Below are positions 23,780 to 31,077 of a stretch of 32,000 nt of DNA, one piece after another. The notes under the pieces are model-generated. The model had not been told where the DNA came from. It searched no databases and saw only the letters and a list, made by a program, of their open reading frames with translations. The DNA is taken from assembly GCA_043808785.1 (NCBI GenBank), contig JAZDEL010000005.1:1-32000 (forward strand). Direction: 5' to 3'. The position numbers were made by a program, and so were the translations under genes. This DNA is from Candidatus Iainarchaeum sp. (GTDB lineage Archaea > Iainarchaeota > Iainarchaeia > Iainarchaeales > JAZDEL01). Within the stretch, counting starts at the first letter, position 1. Each line of letters begins with the position of its first letter.

Positions 23780-24229
23780 ATGCCCCGCAAACCGAAGTAT
23801 TTGAGACCCAAGATAATTACATACGAACTGGGAAAGGGGCCTATTGATGAACGCACCAAAGCGGTTACTCTTGCGGAGAAATTAGACCCTAATCGCGGCA
23901 ATGAAATGACAACCATGGAAAAAGTGCTAAGAGAGCACAACAAGCGCTGGGGGCGTAAGCCTCTTGGGCAACTGCCTTTAAAAAAAGAACTGGCAATGTT
24001 CCTCAAAATACTGAACGCGGAACGCGGGTATGCAAGGAGCGCCCTCTCGCTCAAGAGATGGGCAAAATTACCTGCAGAAATCCGGGAATATCTTGAGATG
24101 AATAGATACATAATCAGGCTAAAAAAAGGGAACACGCAATATGTAGCGCTCAGCCGCGCGGGAATCCAAAGGTTTGCGGAAATTGCAGACGCGTTTGAGC
24201 CAATTGAAAACGCCGCACAGGCGAAATAG
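23780..24229 (+). CDS. hypothetical basic protein (possible C-terminal wHTH)
   Basis: Trimmed to ATG 23780, 1 nt after the Nudix stop. 149 aa, K/R-rich (MPRKPKYLRPK...). The EYLEMNRYIIRLKKGNTQYVALSRAGIQRF segment looks wHTH-like. GC is low (25/60 in 23881-23940). I recognise no family. Confidence 0.55.
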   Translation: MPRKPKYLRPKIITYELGKGPIDERTKAVTLAEKLDPNRGNEMTTMEKVLREHNKRWGRKPLGQLPLKKELAMFLKILNAERGYARSALSLKRWAKLPAEIREYLEMNRYIIRLKKGNTQYVALSRAGIQRFAEIADAFEPIENAAQAK

Positions 24230-24288
24230 GGGGCGAATGCCGCACATGGCGCGCGATAGGCGGCATTTTCCCGAAAATTTAATGGTGC

Positions 24289-24618
24289 ATGACTATGCCT
24301 AAAGCCGACAATAAAAGATTGAAAAAGATAATCAGGCTTGCTAGACTTTACGACCGCAAAACCAAAACCCACAAACACACCTACAAGGAAATCGCGAGTA
24401 GGCGGGAGGTAAGTGTGGCAAGGGTGCATGATATTTTGAAAAAATCAGGGATAAAGAGGAGGCCCGATTATTTGGAACTTAGCGGCGGCTACAGGCTCCC
24501 AATATACACTCTTGAAGATATTGAGAAAAAAATAGCCCGAAAAAAATATTTGGCGGGGGAGCGGAACCGCAGAAGAAGAAAACCTGCAGGATTCGGCAAG
24601 ATAAGGAGATTGCGATGA
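24289..24618 (+). CDS. hypothetical basic HTH-like protein
   Basis: 109 aa. HTYKEIASRREVSVARVHDILKKSG resembles a sigma-70 region-4 / LuxR-type HTH. It has an Arg-rich tail (RNRRRRKPAGFGKIRRLR). GC is low (22/60 in 24301-24360). Its stop overlaps the acyP ATG (ATGA). Confidence 0.5.
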   Translation: MTMPKADNKRLKKIIRLARLYDRKTKTHKHTYKEIASRREVSVARVHDILKKSGIKRRPDYLELSGGYRLPIYTLEDIEKKIARKKYLAGERNRRRRKPAGFGKIRRLR

Positions 24619-24890
24619 ACAAAAAACTGCACGCCTTTGTTTCCGGCAGGGTTCAGGGCGTGTTCTTCCGCGCGCATGCGAAAAGGCAGGCTGAGGCGCT
24701 CGGCATTTCGGGATGGGTGCGCAACCTGCAGGACGGCAGGGTGGAGGTTTTGGCAGAGGGCGCTGAGGAAAAACTGCGCGAGTTCGAGAAATGGCTGCGC
24801 TCGGGGCCCGATTCAGCGGAAGTTGAGCGCCTTGAAGCGAAATGGGAAACTGCAAAAGGCGGTTTTTCGGGTTTTGAAGTCAGGCATTAG
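24615..24890 (+). CDS. acyP: acylphosphatase
   Basis: 91 aa with VSGRVQGVFFR and GWVRNLQDGRVEV, the two acylphosphatase signature motifs. Confidence 0.9.
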   Translation: MNKKLHAFVSGRVQGVFFRAHAKRQAEALGISGWVRNLQDGRVEVLAEGAEEKLREFEKWLRSGPDSAEVERLEAKWETAKGGFSGFEVRH

Positions 24891-24923
24891 CGCGCGGCGC
24901 GTTCAAGGCACAGGATTGCGCAA

Positions 24924-25391
24924 TCACGCCTGCTTCTGCACGGTAAGCGTTATCTCGGCACCGCCGAGCAGGCCCGAACCCGAGGAAGCGGAAACCTTTA
25001 TCGTGTAATTCCCGCTCAGCACCGTCTGGCTCACCGGGTTCACTAAAAACTTTATCTCGCGGCTCTCCCCCGCGCCGAGCACGGAAATCGTGTTCACTGT
25101 CTGCGATATCTGTATCGCGGACTTGTCCACAGCCTCCGCGGAAACAATAACGTTGTTCAGCACGCCGCCGGTTACGTTCGTCATCTTCACATGCAGCCAG
25201 ACGGTTTCCCCGCTTGTTATGGGCGTCTTGTCGAACCAAAGCTCCAATGGTTTGGGGGCAAAGAACTGCGCAACTGCAAAGAGCGCAACCGCAGCGATGA
25301 CAACTATCACAACCGCGCCGAGAAGGATGACAAACCAGTCCCTGCCCCCGCCGAGCAGGTTTGCGCCAATTCCGCGGTCGTATATGCCCAT
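24924..25391 (-). CDS. membrane-anchored protein with CARDB-like beta-sandwich ectodomain (hypothetical)
   Basis: It has an N-terminal TM helix (WFVILLGAVVIVVIAAVALFAVAQFF). A beta-rich domain follows (ETVWLHVKMTNVTGGVLNNVIVSAEAV...GESREIKFLV...YTIKVSA), as seen in archaeal CARDB/DUF11-type surface domains. Confidence 0.65.
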   Translation of the reverse strand: MGIYDRGIGANLLGGGRDWFVILLGAVVIVVIAAVALFAVAQFFAPKPLELWFDKTPITSGETVWLHVKMTNVTGGVLNNVIVSAEAVDKSAIQISQTVNTISVLGAGESREIKFLVNPVSQTVLSGNYTIKVSASSGSGLLGGAEITLTVQKQA

Positions 25392-25434
25392 GTGAAAAAC
25401 CCCATAGAATACACGCAGAAGTGGTTAATTAAAC

Positions 25435-25737
25435 TTATGGAAGGGTAAATAGTTTGTCGTCCCCTTTCCCGTCAAGCCAGCCCGCCCTTACCCCCGCGTC
25501 AAGCCATGCGTGGGAGTAGGAGTAAGCCGCAAGCGCGGTCGGAAGGTCGCCTTTTTCCTCGAAATGCCGCGCATCCGAGAAATAATTGCGCGCCATCGAG
25601 AGGAAATCCTCCGCCTTTTTTCGTTCCGCAGGGGTTATGCCCTGCAGGATGGAAGCCTTGCCAAGTGCTTCCTCAGTTAATTTGCGGTAGTGCTTAACCT
25701 TTTCCGCGAGTGCAATTTCATTTTTTGTTCCAACCAT
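25435..25737 (-). CDS. small archaeal DUF357-like protein
   Basis: 100 aa, helical. The motif ALAAYSYSHAWLDAGVRAGWL matches my recollection of the DUF357 signature. Its start overlaps the dphB stop region by 20 nt. Confidence 0.6.
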   Translation of the reverse strand: MVGTKNEIALAEKVKHYRKLTEEALGKASILQGITPAERKKAEDFLSMARNYFSDARHFEEKGDLPTALAAYSYSHAWLDAGVRAGWLDGKGDDKLFTLP

Positions 25738-26503
25738 AAAAAACCCCCAAAGCCTCTGTTTCTTTCTCGTTAAGTTTCGCGCAGACTATAAGCGCAGCAG
25801 GGACTCCGAAATCAAATTCCGAAAGTTCCTGCGCGCTTCCCGCGCGGATTTTTTCGTTCTCGGAGCCTGCACAGGAGATTCCGATGAAAGTGCAGCCGCG
25901 CATAAGGGCGCTCTTACGCTTTTTCGCTATCGCGGCAAGGATTGAAATCGCCTCCCTTACCCCCATGCAATCGTGAATCATCCTGCCGTGCTGCCACTCG
26001 GATTTTATGTCGAGAAGGCAGAGCGTGTGCATGCCTGCTGAGCGGTTCTTTTCAATCGCCGTGAAGAAGGAATCGGGCGCATACCCCTTCTCAGGCCTCA
26101 CAATTGTGACAGTGCGCCCGAACCTGTATTCGTCAATGCCTGTTTTCCCGAGGAATGAGAATGTGGAGATTCCTGGAATGACCTCGCAGCGAACCCCCGC
26201 CTTTTTCGCGTCGATAAGCAGCTGAATGTGCGTTGTTGCGGAGAGCGGGTTGCCGAAAACGCAGAGCGCAACCGTGTTGCTCCTGGCGGTGTTGATGATG
26301 TCGGAAATGCCCCCGCCCTCAAGCTGTTCCCTGCCTAACTGGACAACGCTTCTGCCGAGGATTTTCTCAAGTTCCTGCACGGAACCCTCGGCATAAACAG
26401 AGGTGTAAGAGTCAATGAAAACATTGCCGCACCGCTTCAGCGCCTCTATCGCCTCAAGGCTTATGTGCTGCGGCTTAAGGCCTATTCCCACGATGTAAAG
26501 CAT
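25718..26503 (-). CDS. dphB: diphthine synthase (diphthamide biosynthesis methyltransferase)
   Basis: Trimmed to ATG 26503 (MLYIVGIGLKPQHISLEAIEALKRC...DSYTS). It has GNPLSATTH, a variant of GDPLxATTH, and VIPGIS. This is the tetrapyrrole-methylase fold of Dph5/DphB. Confidence 0.9.
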   Translation of the reverse strand: MLYIVGIGLKPQHISLEAIEALKRCGNVFIDSYTSVYAEGSVQELEKILGRSVVQLGREQLEGGGISDIINTARSNTVALCVFGNPLSATTHIQLLIDAKKAGVRCEVIPGISTFSFLGKTGIDEYRFGRTVTIVRPEKGYAPDSFFTAIEKNRSAGMHTLCLLDIKSEWQHGRMIHDCMGVREAISILAAIAKKRKSALMRGCTFIGISCAGSENEKIRAGSAQELSEFDFGVPAALIVCAKLNEKETEALGVFYGWNKK

Positions 26504-26585
26504 TTTTTTTGCCCCCTGCCAAAATAACCCAGCGGCAGAAACAATTAAATGCATAACCCGCGTAATTGGTTAAGGAGGCGATAAT

Positions 26586-27353
26586 TTGATTTTTGGAAAA
26601 ATGCCTTTGCTTGCTTTCTGCGCACTTGCGGCGTTTATGCTCGTGCTCTCGATGGGCGCGGTTGCCGTGGGTACGGAAAAGGGAAACGGGCCGGAGGCAA
26701 AAGAGAAGATAGTCCTCATACACTACAAGAAAGGGTTCGGCAAGCCCCCGGGGACAGGCGGGGGCAAGGACAAGGGCGGAACCAAGTGCTACAATTTCAT
26801 TGCAAACGGCGCGAAGTGGAAAAGCACGCCAGTGGATTACGTGATTGACCCCGACAACCAGGACGGGCTGCCTGACTGGTTTGTTGCCGGCGCGATACAG
26901 CAGGGGGCGGAAACATGGGATGCAAACACGTCGAAGGAGCTCTTCGGAACATACACATTCGACTACTATTCCAGCTGGGACGGCGACAGCGGCGATGCTC
27001 CCGACGGCAGGAACGAACTGCTGTTCGGAAACTACTGGGAGCCGGGGGTTATTGCAATAACCGTCATCTGGGGTTATTTCTCAGGGCCCCCAAACAAGCG
27101 CGAGATAACCGAGTTCGACGTGCTCTTTGACACCGACTACACATGGGGCGATGCGGATTACAACGGGGTGTCGGCAATGGACCTGCAGAACATAGCAACG
27201 CACGAAATAGGCCACGGCATAGGCCTAGGCGACCTCTATGACACCACATGCATGGAAGAGACAATGTACGGCTACTCGGATTACGGGGAAACAAAGAAGA
27301 GAACCCTGAATTCGGGGGACATAACGGGTTTGCAGCAGCTGTATGGGGCATAA
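26586..27353 (+). CDS. secreted metzincin zinc metalloprotease (matrixin/snapalysin-like)
   Basis: GGAGG lies 7 nt upstream of TTG 26586. ATG 26601 is an alternative start. It has a signal-like segment PLLAFCALAAFMLVLSMGAVAVG. The zinc site is HEIGHGIGLGD (HExxHxxGxxD) and a Met-turn candidate is TMYGY. Confidence 0.85.
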   Translation: MIFGKMPLLAFCALAAFMLVLSMGAVAVGTEKGNGPEAKEKIVLIHYKKGFGKPPGTGGGKDKGGTKCYNFIANGAKWKSTPVDYVIDPDNQDGLPDWFVAGAIQQGAETWDANTSKELFGTYTFDYYSSWDGDSGDAPDGRNELLFGNYWEPGVIAITVIWGYFSGPPNKREITEFDVLFDTDYTWGDADYNGVSAMDLQNIATHEIGHGIGLGDLYDTTCMEETMYGYSDYGETKKRTLNSGDITGLQQLYGA

Positions 27354-27440
27354 TTCGGCATTGCCTGGCAGGGCATAATTAAGCCAAAAGCACGGGGGAA
27401 TGCACGCGGGGCAATTGCGCCCTGCGCAACCCAAAAACGC

Positions 27441-27480
27441 GGGGCGCAATCCGCGCCCCCGTGCCCTTTTTCTTCTTTTC
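27441..27480 (+). terminator. GC hairpin plus T-rich tract
   Basis: GGGGCGC (27441-27447) pairs with GCGCCCC (27453-27459) across the loop AATCC. It is followed by CGTGCCCTTTTTCTTCTTTTC. Confidence 0.4.
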
Positions 27481-27497
27481 GTTCTTACATATCACGC

Positions 27498-28166
27498 ATG
27501 AAGCCAATGCTCAGGAAGTCGGAATTCGCGGCTTTCGCCATAGTCGTGCTTTCATTCGCTATTGCCGTTTATTTCTACCAGAGCCCGCTTATGCCCGATG
27601 TCATGCCATCGCACTGGAATGCTGCGGGGCAGGTTGACGGCTACATGGACAAGTTTTGGGGCATTTTCCTGATGCCGATAATTTCTGCGGTTATGTTTGC
27701 GCTTTTCCTGGCGATACCGAGAATTGAACCGCTCAGGGAGAACCTCGAAAAATTCAGGAGAGAGTTCGGCATATTCGTGATAATAATAATGGCTTTCATG
27801 GTTTACATATACCTCCTGACAATCCTGTGGGCGCTGGGGAAGAAGTTCAATATGGTACAATTCCTGATGCCCGCGCTTGCCGTGCTCCTCTATTATGCGG
27901 GCGTCCTGCTCAAGAAGGCGAAAAGAAACTGGTTCGTAGGCATACGCACGCCCTGGACATTGAGCAGCGACAGGGTCTGGGACAAGACGCACAAGAGGGG
28001 AGGGGCGATGTTTAAGGTTGTTGCGCTGTTCACGGCTTTCGGCATTTTCATGCCCGAGTATGCGATATGGCTCCTGCTTGTGCCTGTCCTTGCCGTAGCC
28101 GTTTACCTTGCGGCATACTCCTATCTCGAATACAAAAAGGAAACAGGCAAAGGGAAGAAGAAATAA
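27498..28166 (+). CDS. SdpI/YhfL-family (DUF1648 + SdpI) integral membrane protein
   Basis: 222 aa with about six hydrophobic helices. The N-terminal motif MPSHWNAAGQVDGYMDKFWG is typical of DUF1648. The segment RNWFVGIRTPWTLSSDRVWDKTH is typical of SdpI-like proteins. Confidence 0.75.
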   Translation: MKPMLRKSEFAAFAIVVLSFAIAVYFYQSPLMPDVMPSHWNAAGQVDGYMDKFWGIFLMPIISAVMFALFLAIPRIEPLRENLEKFRREFGIFVIIIMAFMVYIYLLTILWALGKKFNMVQFLMPALAVLLYYAGVLLKKAKRNWFVGIRTPWTLSSDRVWDKTHKRGGAMFKVVALFTAFGIFMPEYAIWLLLVPVLAVAVYLAAYSYLEYKKETGKGKKK

Positions 28167-28184
28167 GGCAAGAAATAAAACCAA

Positions 28185-28227
28185 AACCAACGCGCCGGTT
28201 GGTTCGCATTTTTTGGTTTTTAGTTTT
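28185..28227 (+). terminator. hairpin plus oligo-T between convergent genes
   Basis: AACCAAC (28185-28191) pairs with GTTGGTT (28198-28204) across the loop GCGCCG. It is followed by CGCATTTTTTGGTTTTTAGTTTT. Confidence 0.45.
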
Positions 28228-28244
28228 CATGTCCATTTTTATTT

Positions 28245-29093
28245 TCAGAGGCACGTCCCCACGGCAACAGTGAACAAATCCCTCAGCCCCGGTGCGAAGC
28301 CCGCAATTGCAATGAAAACCTTTGCAAAGCCGCGCATATTCGGGTTTTCGGTTTCCTTATCCACGAAATAAATAAGCAGCAGCGCAAGCGCGACTTTCAC
28401 AAGCGGGAAAAGCAGCGGGTGCACGCCCAGCAGGAAGCCTGAGGTGAAATGCTGCTCGCCGCACCTGTAGCCGATGCCAAGCGCGGAGGATGTCGCGACA
28501 ACTGTTGCGCAGCCGTCGAGCGCCTGCCCCGCGAGCGCGAAAATGCCGAGCTTTTCCGCAAACAGGGGAGAGGCAAAAAGCTTTGCTGCGAAGTATGCCG
28601 CTGCAGTGAGCGCGGATGCCGCAGCAAGAATCGCGAGAAAACCCGCCAATTCGGTGAATTGCAGCATGTCGAACACGAGGAAGGGCAGGCACAAGCCAAG
28701 CCCGATTCCGCCAAATACCGATTCAAATTCCAGTTTCTTCGCATTTGCAATTTTCCGCGCAATAAGCAGGCAGGCAATCGTAACCAGGCCGATTAATATC
28801 CATACCCCCGGGCTTATTGTGTAATACCATACCTCCCACGGGAAGGGCGAGCGGGGAAGGATGTGCAAATCCTCGAGAATGCGGAACGTGATGCCGAGCA
28901 TGATGTACGGCATCAGCGCAAGCATAAAGCGCGCGTTGAATTTCACGCCCCTTCTGTCAAGCGCGGGAAAAATAACCAGGAACGCCAAGCCTATGAGTAT
29001 CGCTGCATACACAAGCGTGTTCACTATGTTGTAGCCGGAGTACTGCACAATCGGGTCCACAAAGAATTCCCGCAGGAACGAAAAAACACCCAT
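28245..29093 (-). CDS. archaeal DUF63-like polytopic membrane protein
   Basis: 282 aa and highly hydrophobic (about 7-8 helices). The N-terminal FFVDPIVQYSGYNIVNTLVYAAILIG resembles my recollection of the DUF63 family signature. Confidence 0.6.
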   Translation of the reverse strand: MGVFSFLREFFVDPIVQYSGYNIVNTLVYAAILIGLAFLVIFPALDRRGVKFNARFMLALMPYIMLGITFRILEDLHILPRSPFPWEVWYYTISPGVWILIGLVTIACLLIARKIANAKKLEFESVFGGIGLGLCLPFLVFDMLQFTELAGFLAILAAASALTAAAYFAAKLFASPLFAEKLGIFALAGQALDGCATVVATSSALGIGYRCGEQHFTSGFLLGVHPLLFPLVKVALALLLIYFVDKETENPNMRGFAKVFIAIAGFAPGLRDLFTVAVGTCL

Positions 29094-29133
29094 GTGAAGT
29101 TATTTATAGCAGGTCGGTTATTTAATTATTCGT
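29094..29133. promoter_or_regulatory. 40-bp divergent spacer with two GTTATTTA boxes
   Basis: GTTATTTATAG starts at 29099 and GTTATTTAATTATT at 29117. One AT box lies about 24-35 nt from the plus ATG (29134). The other lies about 24-38 nt from the minus ATG (29093). There is no room for leaders or SD sites. Confidence 0.4.
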
Positions 29134-30204
29134 ATGAAGTGCACAGGAATAAAGGTTCCGAAAAAGGATGCCCAGCATATGCATAACTATCTCTCCGCAC
29201 AGGGCCTCCTGCAGAGGGGTTGCGCGCCGGTGCGCATGAGTAAGCATGTGATTTTCCCGCTTGTGAGTAAGCCAAACACGGCACAGCGGAGGGAATTGGG
29301 AAAAATGCTCCGCGGCATGAAAAAGTTCGCGCTTGCAAAACATGAATTCGCTTCCCGAAATGAAAAGCCCCGCTCCCTGAAGGAGGCGCTGCAGGGCAGG
29401 CTGAAAAAGGCGGAACTTGGGGCATTAAGCCGCGCGTTCGACGCCCTGGGAAATATCGCAGTAATCGAAGTCCCGAAAGGGCTTGTGAAAAAAGAAACGC
29501 AAGTCGCGCAGGCGCTCATGCTTGTGAACCCGCAGGTAAAGACTGTGCTGAAAAAAACAACCGCGCGCAGGGGCGAGTTCAGGGTTCAGGGCCTGAAGGT
29601 TATCGGCGGCGAAAAAAACTTTCGCGCGAATTATGCGGAACACGGGTGTAAATTCGTTGTGGATTTGGATAAGGTTTTCTTTACGCCCCGCCTCGGCACG
29701 GAGAGGGGAAGGATAGCGAAACTGATCAAACCCGGCGAAACGGTCTCGGTTCTTTTCGCGGGCGCCGGGCCGTATGCAATCGTTTTCGCGAAGCATGCGA
29801 AACCCGAGAAGGTTTTCGCTGTCGAACTTAACCCGCACGCTGTGGAGAACATGAAGGATAACATCAGGCTGAACCATGTGCAGAACCTTGTTGTGCCTAT
29901 TGAGGGGGATGTGAGGAAAATCGCGCCTGTGCTCCTTCGCTGCACCTCGGACCGCGTAGTTATGCCGCTCCCGAAAAACGCCGGGGATTTTCTAGGGGAG
30001 GCGCTGGAATGCCTGAAGAAGAAGGGGGGCGTTGTGCATTTCTACCACTTCGGGGAAGCGAAAGAGCCGTTTGCCGAGGCTGTTGCGCTCGTGAAAAAGG
30101 CGTGCAGGGGCGCAGGGAGAAAGTGCAGGATACTGCGCAAGGCGAAATGCCGCTCTTATTCGCCCGATACCGTGCAGGCTGTTGTGGATTTTAAGGCGGA
30201 ATGA
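29134..30204 (+). CDS. trm5: Trm5 / Met-10+ family tRNA (guanine37-N1)-methyltransferase
   Basis: 356 aa. It has FDALGNIAVIE, FRANYAEHGCKFVVDLDKVFFTPRLGTER, the SAM motif VLFAGAGPYAIVFAK, VFAVELNPHAV and VVMPLPKNAGDFL...GGVVHFYHF. This is the Trm5/Taw2 (PF02475-type) architecture. Confidence 0.85.
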   Translation: MKCTGIKVPKKDAQHMHNYLSAQGLLQRGCAPVRMSKHVIFPLVSKPNTAQRRELGKMLRGMKKFALAKHEFASRNEKPRSLKEALQGRLKKAELGALSRAFDALGNIAVIEVPKGLVKKETQVAQALMLVNPQVKTVLKKTTARRGEFRVQGLKVIGGEKNFRANYAEHGCKFVVDLDKVFFTPRLGTERGRIAKLIKPGETVSVLFAGAGPYAIVFAKHAKPEKVFAVELNPHAVENMKDNIRLNHVQNLVVPIEGDVRKIAPVLLRCTSDRVVMPLPKNAGDFLGEALECLKKKGGVVHFYHFGEAKEPFAEAVALVKKACRGAGRKCRILRKAKCRSYSPDTVQAVVDFKAE

Positions 30205-30242
30205 ACCTGCCACGAACCGCGGTGCAGGCTGTTGTGGATTTT
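30172..30242 (+). repeat. 21-nt perfect direct repeat: trm5 3' coding end echoed downstream
   Basis: GTGCAGGCTGTTGTGGATTTT occurs at 30172-30192, inside the last codons of trm5, and again at 30222-30242 in the spacer, 50 nt apart. Confidence 0.8.
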
Positions 30243-30345
30243 GCAGCGAGATAGCCGCTAATTAATCATGCAAATTTTAATTAAAAAAGTAATTTCTAAT
30301 GAAAAGGTTTAAATATAATGAAGGCATAGATATATAGGTGGTTTC

Positions 30346-30591
30346 ATGGAAGTTCAGGTAACGGAAATAAAAATGTCAAAGGGCTTCCAGTTCACGCTCC
30401 CGGCAAAGACCAGGAAAAAGCACGGCCTGAAGCCGGGGCAGGAACTGAAGGTAATAGACATGGACAACGAGATAATCCTCAGGCCCAAAATGAAAAGGAG
30501 CGTGAGGGAACTGATAGGCAGGTTTGCGGAAGAGAAAGGCTTCGATTCCGCAAAAGAGCACGACATCATAGTGGCGGGGTTCGGCGGATGA
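30346..30591 (+). CDS. vapB: AbrB/SpoVT-family antitoxin (VapB-like)
   Basis: 81 aa. MSKGFQFTLPAKTRKKHGLKPGQELKVIDMDNEIILRP is a swapped-hairpin AbrB/MazE-type motif. A TTTAAATATA box and a GGTGG RBS lie upstream. ATGA overlap with the PIN gene. Confidence 0.85.
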   Translation: MEVQVTEIKMSKGFQFTLPAKTRKKHGLKPGQELKVIDMDNEIILRPKMKRSVRELIGRFAEEKGFDSAKEHDIIVAGFGG

Positions 30592-30998
30592 AATTCATAG
30601 ATACGTGCGTGCTCTATGCCTCGTTCTTCAGGAACGAGAAGAGCCACGCGGAGGCAAAGAGGCTTATGGAATCTATCCTCAAGGCAAAGGAGAAGGCGGT
30701 TTATTCCGACTACGTCCTGGACGAACTGCTTACCCTCGCGAAAAAAAGAAAGGGGCGGAAAATCGCCTCGCAAATACTTGACGTGATGGTTTCCTCGGAA
30801 ATCGAATTGATAAAAGTCGGCGACGGGAACATCAGCCTTGCGCTCGAGATATTCAGGGGCTACGAGAGCCTGAGTTTCACCGATGCGACAAGCGTCGCCA
30901 TAATGCTTGAAAGGGGAATAACCGAAATATGCTCATTTGACAGGGGCTTCGATGCGGTGCCGAAAATTTCAAGGATTGCGGGCGAAGCGGGGAAGTGA
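30588..30998 (+). CDS. vapC: PIN-domain ribonuclease toxin (VapC-like)
   Basis: 136 aa. It has MKFIDTCVL (first acidic residue), DYVLDELL, SFTDATSVA and ICSFDRGFD. This is the spacing of the four conserved PIN acidic positions. Confidence 0.85.
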   Translation: MKFIDTCVLYASFFRNEKSHAEAKRLMESILKAKEKAVYSDYVLDELLTLAKKRKGRKIASQILDVMVSSEIELIKVGDGNISLALEIFRGYESLSFTDATSVAIMLERGITEICSFDRGFDAVPKISRIAGEAGK

Positions 30999-31077
30999 CG
31001 CCCATATAATGCTTAATGGAGAAACTGGCGAATCAGCAGGCATCCCTATGAAAAAAATTTCAGGGCGGAGATGAAAA

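Noticed and set aside
23614-24429. A 271-codon minus-strand ORF spanning the Nudix 3' end, the 23780-24229 gene, the spacer and the start of 24289-24618.
   Set aside because: Its translation is S/F/L/R-rich and lacks motifs, an RBS and a promoter-like box. The plus-strand products look like genuine charged helical proteins and are tightly coupled to their neighbours. I still flag it in a finding because such a long ORF in AT-rich DNA is unusual.
27389-27463. A larger structured element (GCACGGGGG at 27389-27397 pairing with CCCCCGTGC at 27455-27463) downstream of the protease gene, as a possible ncRNA or riboswitch.
   Set aside because: I see only GC-rich stem potential and no recognisable conserved ncRNA motif. 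It is more simply explained as a nested terminator structure preceding the T-rich tract.
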